Shown here: positions 1 through 9,859 of the stretch, piece by piece
Layout of the letters: every line of letters begins with the position of its first letter
Numbering within the stretch: position 1 is the first letter of the stretch
NCBI GenBank assembly: GCA_037142775.1
Contig: JBAWZY010000003.1
Location: forward strand, 160,444-224,443
DNA: 64,000 bases
Direction: 5' to 3'
Origin: Chitinophagia bacterium
GTDB lineage: Bacteria; Bacteroidota; Bacteroidia; Chitinophagales; Chitinophagaceae
Notes under the pieces: model-generated
Told to the model about the DNA's origin: nothing
The model's database searches: none
What the model saw: only the letters and a program-made list of their open reading frames with translations
Program-made: the position numbers and the translations under genes

Positions 1-26
1 GAGAGAATAATTATCAAATAAAGCAA

Positions 27-1019
27 TTATCCAAAATCTATCTCGGTATTATCTCCAATATTCAAACTCCTGCTAAGTCCCTTAACGGATGCGTCGCTGC
101 CTATAAGAGAATTATCTAGTACCACTTCAAACAAATGGGTGTAAGATCCTATAATACTATCCCGCACAATGGAGTGTTTGATTTGAGTATTCGGACCAAT
201 AGTAACATGCGGTCCGATAATAGAATGGGAAATATCACAACCCGGGGCAATACTCACCGGAGGAATAATGATAGTATGTGGAAAATCGTGCTGTTCCGGT
301 ATATTTCCTCCCGATTTTTTTAATAAGGTTGCATTGGTTTCAAGCAGACTTTCTTTTTTACCACAATCAAACCAGTTTTTTACCTTAAATGGCCTGAACT
401 TAACTCCCCGCTGAATCATACAATCAAGGGCATCGGTAAGATGATAGACCCCTGCCGGAGCAGGCTCTTTAATAAACAAATCCTGAAGGCATTCGAATAA
501 AATATCAGTCTGCTTTATTTTATAAAGACCAACCAATGCCTGGTTACTCTTTGGAATGGAGGGTTTTTCAACAACGTGTTCTATAAATCCATCCTCGCCC
601 AGGGATGCAACTCCAAAATGTCGCGGATCATCTACTTTTTTAATTCCTAATAAATTATCCGGGCTATCCAATACTTCGCGGATATCGTATTCGCAAATAG
701 TATCACCTAACACTACAAAAACTTCATCACCAGCCACCAAATTTCGGGTAAGTTCAATTGCATGTCCGGTTCCCTGCCGTTCATTTTGATAAATAAAATG
801 AGCCTTGAGCTGAGGATACGTTTGCTGAACGTAATCCTTTATCTTATCGCCTAAATAACCAACGATAAAAATAAACTCATTGATTCCCGCACTATGTAGC
901 TGGTCTACTATAAAACTCAATATAGTTTTACCTGCAATAGGAATGAGTGCTTTGGGGTGAGTATACGTATGCGGACGAAGTTTAGTTCCGGCTCCTGCGA
1001 CAGGTATAATTGCTTTCAT
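27..1019 (-). CDS. Sugar-phosphate nucleotidyltransferase (long-form glucose-1-phosphate thymidylyltransferase-like, C-terminal left-handed beta-helix)
   Basis: N-terminal KAIIPVAGAGTKLRPHT..PKAL nucleotidyltransferase motif, EKP motif, WFDCG, hexapeptide repeats at the C-terminus. Start moved to the ATG at 1019 (ORF track 1154) because the family motif begins there. Confidence 0.85.
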   Translation of the reverse strand: MKAIIPVAGAGTKLRPHTYTHPKALIPIAGKTILSFIVDQLHSAGINEFIFIVGYLGDKIKDYVQQTYPQLKAHFIYQNERQGTGHAIELTRNLVAGDEVFVVLGDTICEYDIREVLDSPDNLLGIKKVDDPRHFGVASLGEDGFIEHVVEKPSIPKSNQALVGLYKIKQTDILFECLQDLFIKEPAPAGVYHLTDALDCMIQRGVKFRPFKVKNWFDCGKKESLLETNATLLKKSGGNIPEQHDFPHTIIIPPVSIAPGCDISHSIIGPHVTIGPNTQIKHSIVRDSIIGSYTHLFEVVLDNSLIGSDASVKGLSRSLNIGDNTEIDFG

Positions 1020-1221
1020 ATAGAAATATTCAGCAAAATAATAAGTCATCCACTTTAGTTGGAAAGCGTATGCTTGATTATTTTTAGGAGGGCTAAAATA
1101 GGAAAATACCTGCAGCTTACCACTTTTCTTGCTTGTTTTATCAATTTCCCCCAATAATGGACTTATTTTCCACGATTTTGAAATAATTGATTAGGATCAA
1201 ATTAATCGCTGACATGCAGCT

Positions 1222-1229
1222 TATCTTTG
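1222..1229 (+). promoter_or_regulatory. Bacteroidota sigma-A -7 element (TATCTTTG) for glyA
   Basis: Exact TAnnTTTG match 15 nt upstream of the ATG at 1245. Confidence 0.6.
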
Positions 1230-1244
1230 CAAAAAGAAACTTAC

Positions 1245-2528
1245 ATGCCAAGAGACACTGTTGTATTCGACCTAATAAGGAAAGAGTTAGAAAGACAAAG
1301 ACATGGTATCGAATTAATCGCCTCAGAAAATTTTACCAGCCTTCAGGTAATGCAGGCGATGGGGAATGTAATGACCAATAAATATGCAGAGGGCTATCCG
1401 GGAAGACGGTACTATGCAGGCTGTGAGATAGTAGATCAAACCGAACAATTGGCTATTGATCGATTAAAAGAAATTTTCGATCTCGAATATGCTAACGTTC
1501 AACCCCATAGCGGAGCACAGGCAAATGCTGCAGTTGCCCTTGCCATTTTACAGGCGGGAGATGCAATTTTAGGACTTGACCTAAGTATGGGAGGGCATCT
1601 TACCCATGGTGCTGCCGTAAATTATAGTGGAAAATTGTATCAGCCCCATTTTTATGGTGTTACCCGTGAAGAAGGTTTGATTGATTATGAAATGATGGAG
1701 GAGCAGGCAAAAAAACATAAGCCCAAACTTATTATTTGTGGTGCAAGTGCTTATAGTCGCGACTGGGATTATGCCCGTATTCGGCAAATTGCTGATGAAG
1801 TAGGGGCTTTGGTAATGGCAGATATAGCTCACCCTGCCGGTCTCATTGCCAAGAAATTATTAAATGACCCCTTTGATTATTGTCATTTCGTTACTTCTAC
1901 AACACACAAAACGCTTCGCGGACCACGCGGAGGAATTATTATGATGCGGAAAGATTTTGAAAACCCCTTTGGTCTAAAAGATGTAAAGGGAAATATTCGC
2001 ATGATGAGTAATTTACTGGATATGGCAGTTTTTCCAGGAATTCAGGGTGGTCCGTTAGAACATGTTATAGCAGCCAAAGCAGTTGCATTTGGTGAAATTC
2101 TAAGCGATGAGTTTACAGTATATGCCCATCAGATTATAAAAAATTCGCAGGCCATGGCAACTGCTTTATCCGGATTGGGATATCAGATAATTAGCGGCGG
2201 TACCGACAATCATCTGGTACTTATTGATTTAAGAAATAAAAATATTAGTGGGAAAAAAGCAGAACAGGCATTAGTACAGGCGGATATTACCGCCAACAAA
2301 AATATGGTTCCATTCGATGATAAGAGTGCATTTGTAACTTCAGGTATTCGTTTGGGAGTTCCGGCAGTTACCACAAGAGGTATGAAAGAAAATGATATGG
2401 GCTTTGTGGTAAACTGTATTGATAGAATATTAATGAATGCAGATGATACTACTGTTATTGCAGCTGTAAAAAAAGAAGTAAACGAGTATATGTCTCAGTT
2501 TCTGCTGTACCCAGAGATGGATAAATAA
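1245..2528 (+). CDS. glyA: Serine hydroxymethyltransferase
   Basis: [29 protein letters not shown]-lysine motif [13 protein letters not shown]. The ATG at 1245 is preferred over the TTG at 1227, which overlaps the -7 element. Confidence 0.98.
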   Translation: MPRDTVVFDLIRKELERQRHGIELIASENFTSLQVMQAMGNVMTNKYAEGYPGRRYYAGCEIVDQTEQLAIDRLKEIFDLEYANVQPHSGAQANAAVALAILQAGDAILGLDLSMGGHLTHGAAVNYSGKLYQPHFYGVTREEGLIDYEMMEEQAKKHKPKLIICGASAYSRDWDYARIRQIADEVGALVMADIAHPAGLIAKKLLNDPFDYCHFVTSTTHKTLRGPRGGIIMMRKDFENPFGLKDVKGNIRMMSNLLDMAVFPGIQGGPLEHVIAAKAVAFGEILSDEFTVYAHQIIKNSQAMATALSGLGYQIISGGTDNHLVLIDLRNKNISGKKAEQALVQADITANKNMVPFDDKSAFVTSGIRLGVPAVTTRGMKENDMGFVVNCIDRILMNADDTTVIAAVKKEVNEYMSQFLLYPEMDK

Positions 2529-2556
2529 TTTTAAATTACCTACCAAACCCAAATGT

Positions 2557-2997
2557 ATGATTCAGCGTATTCAATCTATATGGCTGCTGATTGCCTCTGT
2601 TTTATCTTTTGTGAGTTTACAAACGTCTTTTTTTAGTGGGAATAAATTGATTTCGGATTCAACGGCTGCTGGTTCAACAGCAACTTTCATTCAGTTAACC
2701 GGTATGAGTGATTTATTTACACTAATTCTCACCATCGGCATTGCCTTGCTGGCACTTATCACTATTTTTCTATATAAAAATCGGCCTTTGCAAATGCGAC
2801 TGGCACTAGTGGGGTTACTTGGTTCGGTTTTATTAATTGTGTTATATTATCTCAACAGCAAAAAATTCATTCCCAATCAGAGTAGTCTGGATCTTACCGC
2901 ATTGGTTGTAATGGGAATTCCCTTCTGTTATTTCCTTGCTATTCGTGGAATCTATCAGGATGAAAACCTCGTAAAAAGTGCCGATAAACTTCGTTAA
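2557..2997 (+). CDS. DUF4293-family membrane protein
   Basis: MIQRIQS.WL N-terminus, four hydrophobic helices, C-terminal DE.LVKSAD.LR typical of this Bacteroidota family (recognised from memory). Confidence 0.75.
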   Translation: MIQRIQSIWLLIASVLSFVSLQTSFFSGNKLISDSTAAGSTATFIQLTGMSDLFTLILTIGIALLALITIFLYKNRPLQMRLALVGLLGSVLLIVLYYLNSKKFIPNQSSLDLTALVVMGIPFCYFLAIRGIYQDENLVKSADKLR

Positions 2998-3012
2998 TAA
3001 CTATTTGTAATG

Positions 3013-5850
3013 TTAATTGCCTGAGAGATATTTTCCAGTAAAACTTCTTTTTTCTTTTGTAAGTCCAATGGGTGTTCCTGCATAAACAAGGTCCCCTCCT
3101 TCATCTCCAGCTTCCGGTCCTAAATCAATTACCCAATCTGCGCAGCGAATCACATCGGTATTATGCTCAATTACAATTACGGAATGCCCCTGCTGTATGA
3201 GTGCAGCAAATGATTGCAGCAATTTCTGTATATCGTGAAAATGCAATCCGGTAGTGGGTTCATCAAACACAAACAAAATATTTCCAGAACCTTTTCCCTT
3301 CCCTAAAAAGCTTGCCAGTTTAACGCGTTGTGCTTCCCCTCCACTAAGGGTATCACTGCTTTGACCCAGTTTAATATAGCCTAAACCAACATCCTGTAGG
3401 GGCTGAATAGCATTTTTTATAGACCTTTCATTTTCAAAAAATACCAATGCTTCATCCACGCTCATTTCCAGTATATCAAAAATATTCTTTTGAAGATACG
3501 TTACCTCGAGTACCTCCTCTTTAAACCTTTTTCCTTTGCAGGACTCGCAGGTCAGATGAACGTCGGCAAGAAATTGCATTTCAACAAGTTGTTCTCCTTC
3601 ACCCTTACAGGTATCACATCTGCCTCCATCCACATTAAAAGAAAAATGCTTGGGTAAAAAACCCCGGGTTATCGACATAGGTTGTTCCGCAAACAATTCG
3701 CGGATATGGTCCCAGGCTTTAATATAAGTAATTGGGTTGCTGCGCGATGATTTTCCAATGGGATTCTGATCTATCATTTCAATTTGCTGAATACTTTCCA
3801 AATCACCGCTTATTTCTTTATGCAATCCGGGGCGTTCGGTAGATTCACCCTTTATTTTTCGTATCGCAGGAACCAGAATTTGCTTAATCAGGGTAGTTTT
3901 ACCACTTCCACTCACACCACTAATTACACAAAATATATTCAAAGGAAATTGAACGGTAATATTTTTAAGATTGTTCTGTCGTGCACCTTTCACTACAATA
4001 CTGTTACTCCATTTGCGAGGAGAGGATGGTGCAGGTATTGATCGCTTTCCCGAAAGATACTCACCGGTAAGGCTATTGGGATTGGCAATCAACTGGTCAT
4101 AATTTCCAGTAGCTACTACCCTGCCTCCCAGATGAGAAGCCAATGGTCCCATATCTATAATATAATCTGCCTTGCGCATCATCATCTCATCATGCTCTAC
4201 TACTACTACCGTATTGCCTAAGTTGCGTAATGATAATAATACTTGAATTAATCGACTAGTATCCCTGGCATGTAAGCCAATGGAGGGCTCATCCAGAATA
4301 TACAGTGAGTTGGTAAGATTACTACCCAAACTTCTGGTAAGTTGTATTCGCTGACTTTCACCACCGCTTAGTGTATTTGCCAATCGATTTAAGGTAATAT
4401 ATCCCAATCCTACTTCCAATAAGGTATGCAATCTTTGCTCCAGCTCTTGAAGTATTCGAAATGCAATTTGGCGGTCGGTAGTACTCCATTTAATTGCATT
4501 TAGCCAACTATAGAGATCTTTTACAGGCCATTCACAAACTTCGCCAATATGTTTTCCATTTATCTGAACGTATAATGCCTCTTTACGAAGCCTGTAACCC
4601 GAACAAGCAGTACAGGTAGTGCGGCCTCTGTATCGGCTTAATAATACTCGATATTGTACCTTATATAAATTTTGCTCAACCTCTTTAAAGAAGTCATCAA
4701 TACCATAAACCTTTCCAGCGCCTTTCCACAACAATTCCAGTTGTGCAGGAGTGCAATCCATAATCGGCTTATGCACCGGAAATCCAGTGGTGGCAGCTCC
4801 CCGAATAAACTGATCTTTCCACCAACTTAATTTTTCACCCTTCCAAGGAGCGACTGCTCCCTCATAAACACTTAATCTTTTGTCTGGAATTACCAGATCC
4901 GCATCAATTCCAAGAACTTGACTAAATCCTTCACAAACCGGACAAGCACCAAAGGGATTATTGAATGAAAAAAGGTTGGGAACCGGTTCTTCAAACTGAA
5001 TATTATCGACCTCCATTTTATTACTAAAAGAAATCGTTTCCCGTTCATTGATTTCCAACAATAAGCGCCCTTCACCTTCATAAAATGCGGTTGATATAGA
5101 ATCTGTAAGGCGATTAATGTCTTCCTCTTCCCATTGTTTGATAACTACTCTGTCTACTAAAACAAAAACCTGCACCCCATTCTGATTGAGCTTTTTTTGA
5201 ATATCCGTATCCGACCATTCCAGCCATTCTTCTATTCTTTTAAGACTCGCCACCTTATTTGATTTTAGATATAAGCGGGAGAAACCTTTTTGCATTAAAA
5301 TTTGCAATTCTTCACGGGAATCGCGATGGGGGTGCTTGCGAAAAGCAATAAGCAAATAAGCTTTAGCACCAGCTTTGCATGCAGACAGTGAATTGATTAC
5401 ATCCTGCACATCATCTTTTCGCACCTCTCTTCCACTTACAGGAGAAATGGTTTTTCCAACTCTAGCATATAACAGTCTCAGATAATCGTAAATCTCTGTC
5501 ATGCTGCCAACCGTGCTTCGTGGGGTTCGGGTGATAACTTTTTGTTCAATCGCTATGGCCGGACAAAGACCTTTAATATCATCAACATCCGGCTTTTCCA
5601 TTCTTGCCATAAATTGCCGGGCATAGGCGCTCAAACTTTCGGCATATCTGCGTTGCCCTTCTGCAAAAAGTGTATCAATAGTAAGTGAAGATTTACCACT
5701 ACCCGAAACGCCGGTTACCACTATCAACTGCTGACGAGGAATGCGTACCGAAACATTTTGCAAATTATGTACCCTGGCACCCCGAATTTCTATAAAACCA
5801 AAGGGAGTTTCAGGTGTAGATTCCGTTATTTCTGTTTTTCTTTTACCCAT
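3013..5850 (-). CDS. uvrA: Excinuclease ABC subunit A
   Basis: Two ABC ATPase modules (GVSGSGKS twice, LSGGESQR / LSGGEAQR, DEP Walker B) and Zn-finger CxxC pairs. Confidence 0.96.
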   Translation of the reverse strand: MGKRKTEITESTPETPFGFIEIRGARVHNLQNVSVRIPRQQLIVVTGVSGSGKSSLTIDTLFAEGQRRYAESLSAYARQFMARMEKPDVDDIKGLCPAIAIEQKVITRTPRSTVGSMTEIYDYLRLLYARVGKTISPVSGREVRKDDVQDVINSLSACKAGAKAYLLIAFRKHPHRDSREELQILMQKGFSRLYLKSNKVASLKRIEEWLEWSDTDIQKKLNQNGVQVFVLVDRVVIKQWEEEDINRLTDSISTAFYEGEGRLLLEINERETISFSNKMEVDNIQFEEPVPNLFSFNNPFGACPVCEGFSQVLGIDADLVIPDKRLSVYEGAVAPWKGEKLSWWKDQFIRGAATTGFPVHKPIMDCTPAQLELLWKGAGKVYGIDDFFKEVEQNLYKVQYRVLLSRYRGRTTCTACSGYRLRKEALYVQINGKHIGEVCEWPVKDLYSWLNAIKWSTTDRQIAFRILQELEQRLHTLLEVGLGYITLNRLANTLSGGESQRIQLTRSLGSNLTNSLYILDEPSIGLHARDTSRLIQVLLSLRNLGNTVVVVEHDEMMMRKADYIIDMGPLASHLGGRVVATGNYDQLIANPNSLTGEYLSGKRSIPAPSSPRKWSNSIVVKGARQNNLKNITVQFPLNIFCVISGVSGSGKTTLIKQILVPAIRKIKGESTERPGLHKEISGDLESIQQIEMIDQNPIGKSSRSNPITYIKAWDHIRELFAEQPMSITRGFLPKHFSFNVDGGRCDTCKGEGEQLVEMQFLADVHLTCESCKGKRFKEEVLEVTYLQKNIFDILEMSVDEALVFFENERSIKNAIQPLQDVGLGYIKLGQSSDTLSGGEAQRVKLASFLGKGKGSGNILFVFDEPTTGLHFHDIQKLLQSFAALIQQGHSVIVIEHNTDVIRCADWVIDLGPEAGDEGGDLVYAGTPIGLTKEKRSFTGKYLSGN

Positions 5851-6091
5851 ATCCGCTGCAAAGTAAACACATATTCATCGGTTAAGTTGAGGAACCCCAT
5901 CAATTTTCCGTGTTAACCTACGGTTAGCCCAACTTTATAATGTGAATAACCTTTTTATTCATAAATCATCTTTCCACAACCCATTTTTCACATCAAAAGA
6001 TATATAATTTGTACTTGAATAAGAAAGAGTTAGCCTTGGTTAATTCAATTTAGAATCCAGTTTCTTTTTTAAAAAACACCGACTATTTTTT

Positions 6092-6673
6092 ATGAAAACA
6101 ATGGATCATGTATCGGATACTGAACTGATAAAAGCCTTCCAGGAAGGAGATGTACAGGCAGTGGAAGTACTGATTAATCGGTATAAAGACAAGGTATTCT
6201 CTTCGCTGTTATTTTACGTGAAGGATACCTATCTGGCAGAAGATTTATTCCAGGATGTTTTTATAAAAATCATTGATACCCTTCAAAATAAGCGTTACAC
6301 TGAAGAAGGCAAGTTTTTGCCATGGGCGCTTAGAATAGCTCGCAATCTATGTTTAGACTATTTCAGAAAAGTGAAGAGAAGTCCGAGTATTAAAACCAGC
6401 GATCAAACGGATATTTTTGAGGTTTTGAACCTCAGTGAGGAGGCTGCCGATACGAAAATGATGCAGGGACAATCGCATGATCGTGTTAGAAAAATGTTGG
6501 ATATGCTTCCAGAGGAGCAAAGGGAAATTATTGTACTCCGGCATTATGCCAACTTAAGTTTCAAAGAAATTGCTCAAATTACTGATTGTAGTATAAATAC
6601 CGCTTTAGGAAGAATGCGTTATGGTCTTATCAATCTGAGAAAATTAATGGTGGAAAAGCAAATAGCACTTTGA
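6092..6673 (+). CDS. ECF-type RNA polymerase sigma-70 factor
   Basis: Region 2 (AEDLFQDVFIK..., WALRIARNLCLDYFRK) and region 4 (LPEEQREIIVLRHY..LSFKEIA....SINTALGRMRY). Confidence 0.92.
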   Translation: MKTMDHVSDTELIKAFQEGDVQAVEVLINRYKDKVFSSLLFYVKDTYLAEDLFQDVFIKIIDTLQNKRYTEEGKFLPWALRIARNLCLDYFRKVKRSPSIKTSDQTDIFEVLNLSEEAADTKMMQGQSHDRVRKMLDMLPEEQREIIVLRHYANLSFKEIAQITDCSINTALGRMRYGLINLRKLMVEKQIAL

Positions 6674-8629
6674 TTATTTTTCAGTACTATTTCTCCTTGT
6701 AAATTCCTTTTTAACTGCATCCAGATGGGCAATAAACTTATCTACGTCTGAATCGTATCCGTATCTTATTTCACTTAACGGCTCGCCTTTTAAATCCAAA
6801 AACATATATAGGGGCTGCGCATTGATTCCAAATTTCGTTTTCTCGTATGCGAGATTTTTTTCACCCACAGTAATTATCATTTCTCCATCTTCACCTTTTA
6901 CCTGCTCATTAACAGGCAATTCAGTTGTTTCATCAACATATAGGCTCACCAACACAAAATCATTTTTCAAACGGCGTAGCACCTCGGGTTGCTTCCAAAC
7001 CTGTTCTTCCATTTTCCTGCAATTGGCACAAGTATGACCGGTAAAATCAAGCATAATGGGCTTCTTAAGTAATCTGGCTGCTTCCAGTCCTTCCTGTAAA
7101 TCGAAATAGGCGGTTAACCCAAAAGGCACTTCTAGTTTATCTGTATACTTTACCGGTGGTTTTGCTGCTGAAGCAGGTGCATTGGAAAATTGTGATCCCT
7201 GATATTGAATATTATTCAAATTGAAATCCTGGGTTGCTTCCGGGGGAATAAACCCACTGAGCATATTTAAAGGTGCACCCCATAACCCCGGAATCATATA
7301 AAGAGTGAATGTAAGAGAGAAGATAGATAAAAACAATCTGGGAACTGATAAATGATGGAGCGGGCTGTCGTGTGCAAACCGAATTTTACCCAATAAATAC
7401 AAACTGAGTAAACCAAATATTACTATCCAGCAAACTAAAAATACATCTCTATCCAAAATGCCCCAATGATATGCTAAATCTACATTCGACAAAAACTTCA
7501 TAGCTAATGCCAGCTCTATAAAACCAAAACATACTTTAACTGAATTTAACCAGCCCCCACTTTTAGGAAGTGCAGGCAAAAGTGCTGGGAAAAATGCCAA
7601 TGCAGAAAAAGGCAAAGCCAATCCTAACCCAAAACCCAGCATCCCAATTACAGGTGCCAGGCCTACTCCTTGAGCACTGGTTTGTCCCAACAAAGTTCCC
7701 ACCAATGGACCCGTACAGGAAAAAGATACAATTACCAATGTAAGTGCCATAAAAAATATACCTAGCAAGCCGCCTTTCCCAGCTTTCTGATCGGCCTTGT
7801 TTGCCCAGCTATTAGGAAGGGTGATTTCGAAGGCTCCAAAAAACGAAATCGCAAATACCAGGAAGATGATAAAAAATAAAATATTGGCCACCGAACTGGT
7901 AGAAATGCGATATAAAATTGTATCGCCAAAAATGAAGGTGAGAAGTAGAGTGGGGATAGTATATATAAGCACAATGGAAACGGAATACCAAAGCGCATTC
8001 CTAACACCCTCTGCCTGAGTTTTACTTTTTTTCAGAAAAAAGCTAACGGTTACCGGGATGAGCGGAAAAACACAAGGAGTGATAACTGCGAGTAATCCAG
8101 TTAAAAAACATATGATAAATATATTCCACCAACTACCCGAACTTCCTGCTACCACAGGCTCAGTATCCGGATTCATAATTGGCACTCGTATATTATAATA
8201 ATTACTCGGAAACTCATCTCCTTTCCTGCCCAGCCAGGTAAGCGTTCCAATTAGCTGGGGTGGTTTGAACGAGGGACTAACGGGCATTTCAAATTCCCAA
8301 ACTACCGTGTCAGTATATACTACATGTTTTGTTTTATCACCCGGTAATGAAATCTCTTGTTGATTTCCCTTTACAACTTGAATAGGCTTTTGAGGAAAAC
8401 TCGGAAAACTATCAAACTCCAAAGAACCTGCTAATAGGGAATCCCCTTCTGAAAGATAAATGGGAAACAACCCCATATTTTTCTCGGGAATAGCCTGCAA
8501 TGAAACTACAATTATCGAATCATTTTTGCGGATTGCGGTCGTTTGCCATTGAACAGGTGTCTGCTGCGCTTGAATACCTGTGATTGCCCAGCAGCAAATA
8601 AATAATAGTATGCCGGTTACTTTATGCAT
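6674..8629 (-). CDS. dsbD: DsbD-like thiol:disulfide interchange protein (N-domain without Cys, TM domain, thioredoxin domain)
   Basis: TM cysteines in TPCVFP and SFSCTGP, PKSGGWLN motif, C-terminal thioredoxin fold DFTGHTCANC. Confidence 0.9.
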   Translation of the reverse strand: MHKVTGILLFICCWAITGIQAQQTPVQWQTTAIRKNDSIIVVSLQAIPEKNMGLFPIYLSEGDSLLAGSLEFDSFPSFPQKPIQVVKGNQQEISLPGDKTKHVVYTDTVVWEFEMPVSPSFKPPQLIGTLTWLGRKGDEFPSNYYNIRVPIMNPDTEPVVAGSSGSWWNIFIICFLTGLLAVITPCVFPLIPVTVSFFLKKSKTQAEGVRNALWYSVSIVLIYTIPTLLLTFIFGDTILYRISTSSVANILFFIIFLVFAISFFGAFEITLPNSWANKADQKAGKGGLLGIFFMALTLVIVSFSCTGPLVGTLLGQTSAQGVGLAPVIGMLGFGLGLALPFSALAFFPALLPALPKSGGWLNSVKVCFGFIELALAMKFLSNVDLAYHWGILDRDVFLVCWIVIFGLLSLYLLGKIRFAHDSPLHHLSVPRLFLSIFSLTFTLYMIPGLWGAPLNMLSGFIPPEATQDFNLNNIQYQGSQFSNAPASAAKPPVKYTDKLEVPFGLTAYFDLQEGLEAARLLKKPIMLDFTGHTCANCRKMEEQVWKQPEVLRRLKNDFVLVSLYVDETTELPVNEQVKGEDGEMIITVGEKNLAYEKTKFGINAQPLYMFLDLKGEPLSEIRYGYDSDVDKFIAHLDAVKKEFTRRNSTEK

Positions 8630-8632
8630 GAA

Positions 8633-9097
8633 TTAATTAAGCTTAATATCGAAACTTTGTTTAGTAGAAGGTAAACATTTACTATCGTTGCAAACCATAT
8701 ACTCAACGGTTCCGGATACGTTGGTTTTTACAGCTGCTTTTACAGTAACCCGCTTAACAAACTGCACTTCATTACTAAAATACACTACAGGAATCGGTGG
8801 ATTTCCAAAATTGGCATCCAGCGTTTTCTCCGCCTTACCCACTTCATTAGCTTTTGCATTTGTAATATGTAACAAGGGGTTTGGTTTAATTACGATGGAA
8901 GTAGGAATAGGACCTCCCTTTCCTGTGAATTGAGAATATAAATGCCAGGGTTTATCGATGGTAGCGATGAGTACAATATCATAGGTAGTAGCATTCACTT
9001 TTTTGGCTGAGAAACTCCAGTGAACCGGACTTTCAATTTGTGCAGATGCTACAGAGGAAACAAAAACGCAAGTGAGCGCAATCAATAACTTATTCAT
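8633..9097 (-). CDS. Stand-alone secreted DsbD N-terminal (alpha) domain protein
   Basis: Signal peptide (…VASA-Q), WHLYSQ, GPIPT, YMVCNDSKCLP Cys pair. Start set to the ATG at 9097, 10 nt after the purQ stop. Confidence 0.85.
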   Translation of the reverse strand: MNKLLIALTCVFVSSVASAQIESPVHWSFSAKKVNATTYDIVLIATIDKPWHLYSQFTGKGGPIPTSIVIKPNPLLHITNAKANEVGKAEKTLDANFGNPPIPVVYFSNEVQFVKRVTVKAAVKTNVSGTVEYMVCNDSKCLPSTKQSFDIKLN

Positions 9098-9107
9098 ATC
9101 AGTGATT

Positions 9108-9794
9108 TTAAGTAAGCGATGAAGCAACCATTTCGGGTAGTAGTTTTAATTGAGCAAAAACCTCTAAACCATCTTGATTGGCCAGTGCAGCCGATGTAGC
9201 TCTTTCGGGGTGTGGCATCATTCCAAAAACATTGCCAGCTGCATTTCGGATTCCCGCAATATTTCTGGCAGATCCATTCGGATTAGCGGCAGCAGTAACT
9301 TCTCCGTTTTGATTACAATATCTGAACAAAATTTGCTGATTGGCTTCCAATTGATTTAATAATTGTTCATCTGCATGATACCTTCCCTCTCCATGAGCAA
9401 TGGGTATGGTGAGTGCCTTACCGTTGGATGAACAAATTTGTACATTTTTACAAATGAACTGCCTGTTCATATTTTGTAACAAAACCCCGGGTAATAAACC
9501 GCTTTCACATAAAATTTGAAATCCATTACAAACGCCAAGCACTTTACCCCCCTTTTGAGCGAATTGAATGACCGATTGCATCATCGGACTAAACCGAGCT
9601 ATTGCTCCACAACGAAGATAGTCTCCATAAGAAAACCCTCCAGGCAAAACGATACAGTCATCAATCTGAAAATCACTCAAATCGCTGTCTTTATGCCATA
9701 AATACCTTACTTCGGCCCCCAAATCGTGTTGTAAGGCATCGTACATATCTCTGTCGCAGTTAGATCCGGGAAATACAACTACTCCAAATTTCAT
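9108..9794 (-). CDS. purQ: Phosphoribosylformylglycinamidine synthase glutaminase subunit
   Basis: FPGSNCD, LPGGFSYGDYLR, GVCNGFQIL, PIAHGEG, GMMPHPER. Confidence 0.97.
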   Translation of the reverse strand: MKFGVVVFPGSNCDRDMYDALQHDLGAEVRYLWHKDSDLSDFQIDDCIVLPGGFSYGDYLRCGAIARFSPMMQSVIQFAQKGGKVLGVCNGFQILCESGLLPGVLLQNMNRQFICKNVQICSSNGKALTIPIAHGEGRYHADEQLLNQLEANQQILFRYCNQNGEVTAAANPNGSARNIAGIRNAAGNVFGMMPHPERATSAALANQDGLEVFAQLKLLPEMVASSLT

Positions 9795-9828
9795 GGAAAA
9801 TATTTTTCAGTTAACTATTGTCGCTAAG

Positions 9829-9836
9829 CAAAGTTA
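9829..9836 (-). promoter_or_regulatory. -7 element (TAACTTTG) for purQ
   Basis: Exact TAnnTTTG match on the minus strand about 35 nt upstream of the purQ ATG. Confidence 0.55.
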
Positions 9837-9859
9837 CTAAACGAGGGGGGTTAACCCGC

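Noticed and set aside
1-26. Possible start of a downstream membrane gene (TTG CTT TAT TTG ATA ATT ATT CTC, LLYLIIIL) at the window edge on the minus strand
   Set aside because: Only 8 codons visible; cannot be supported.
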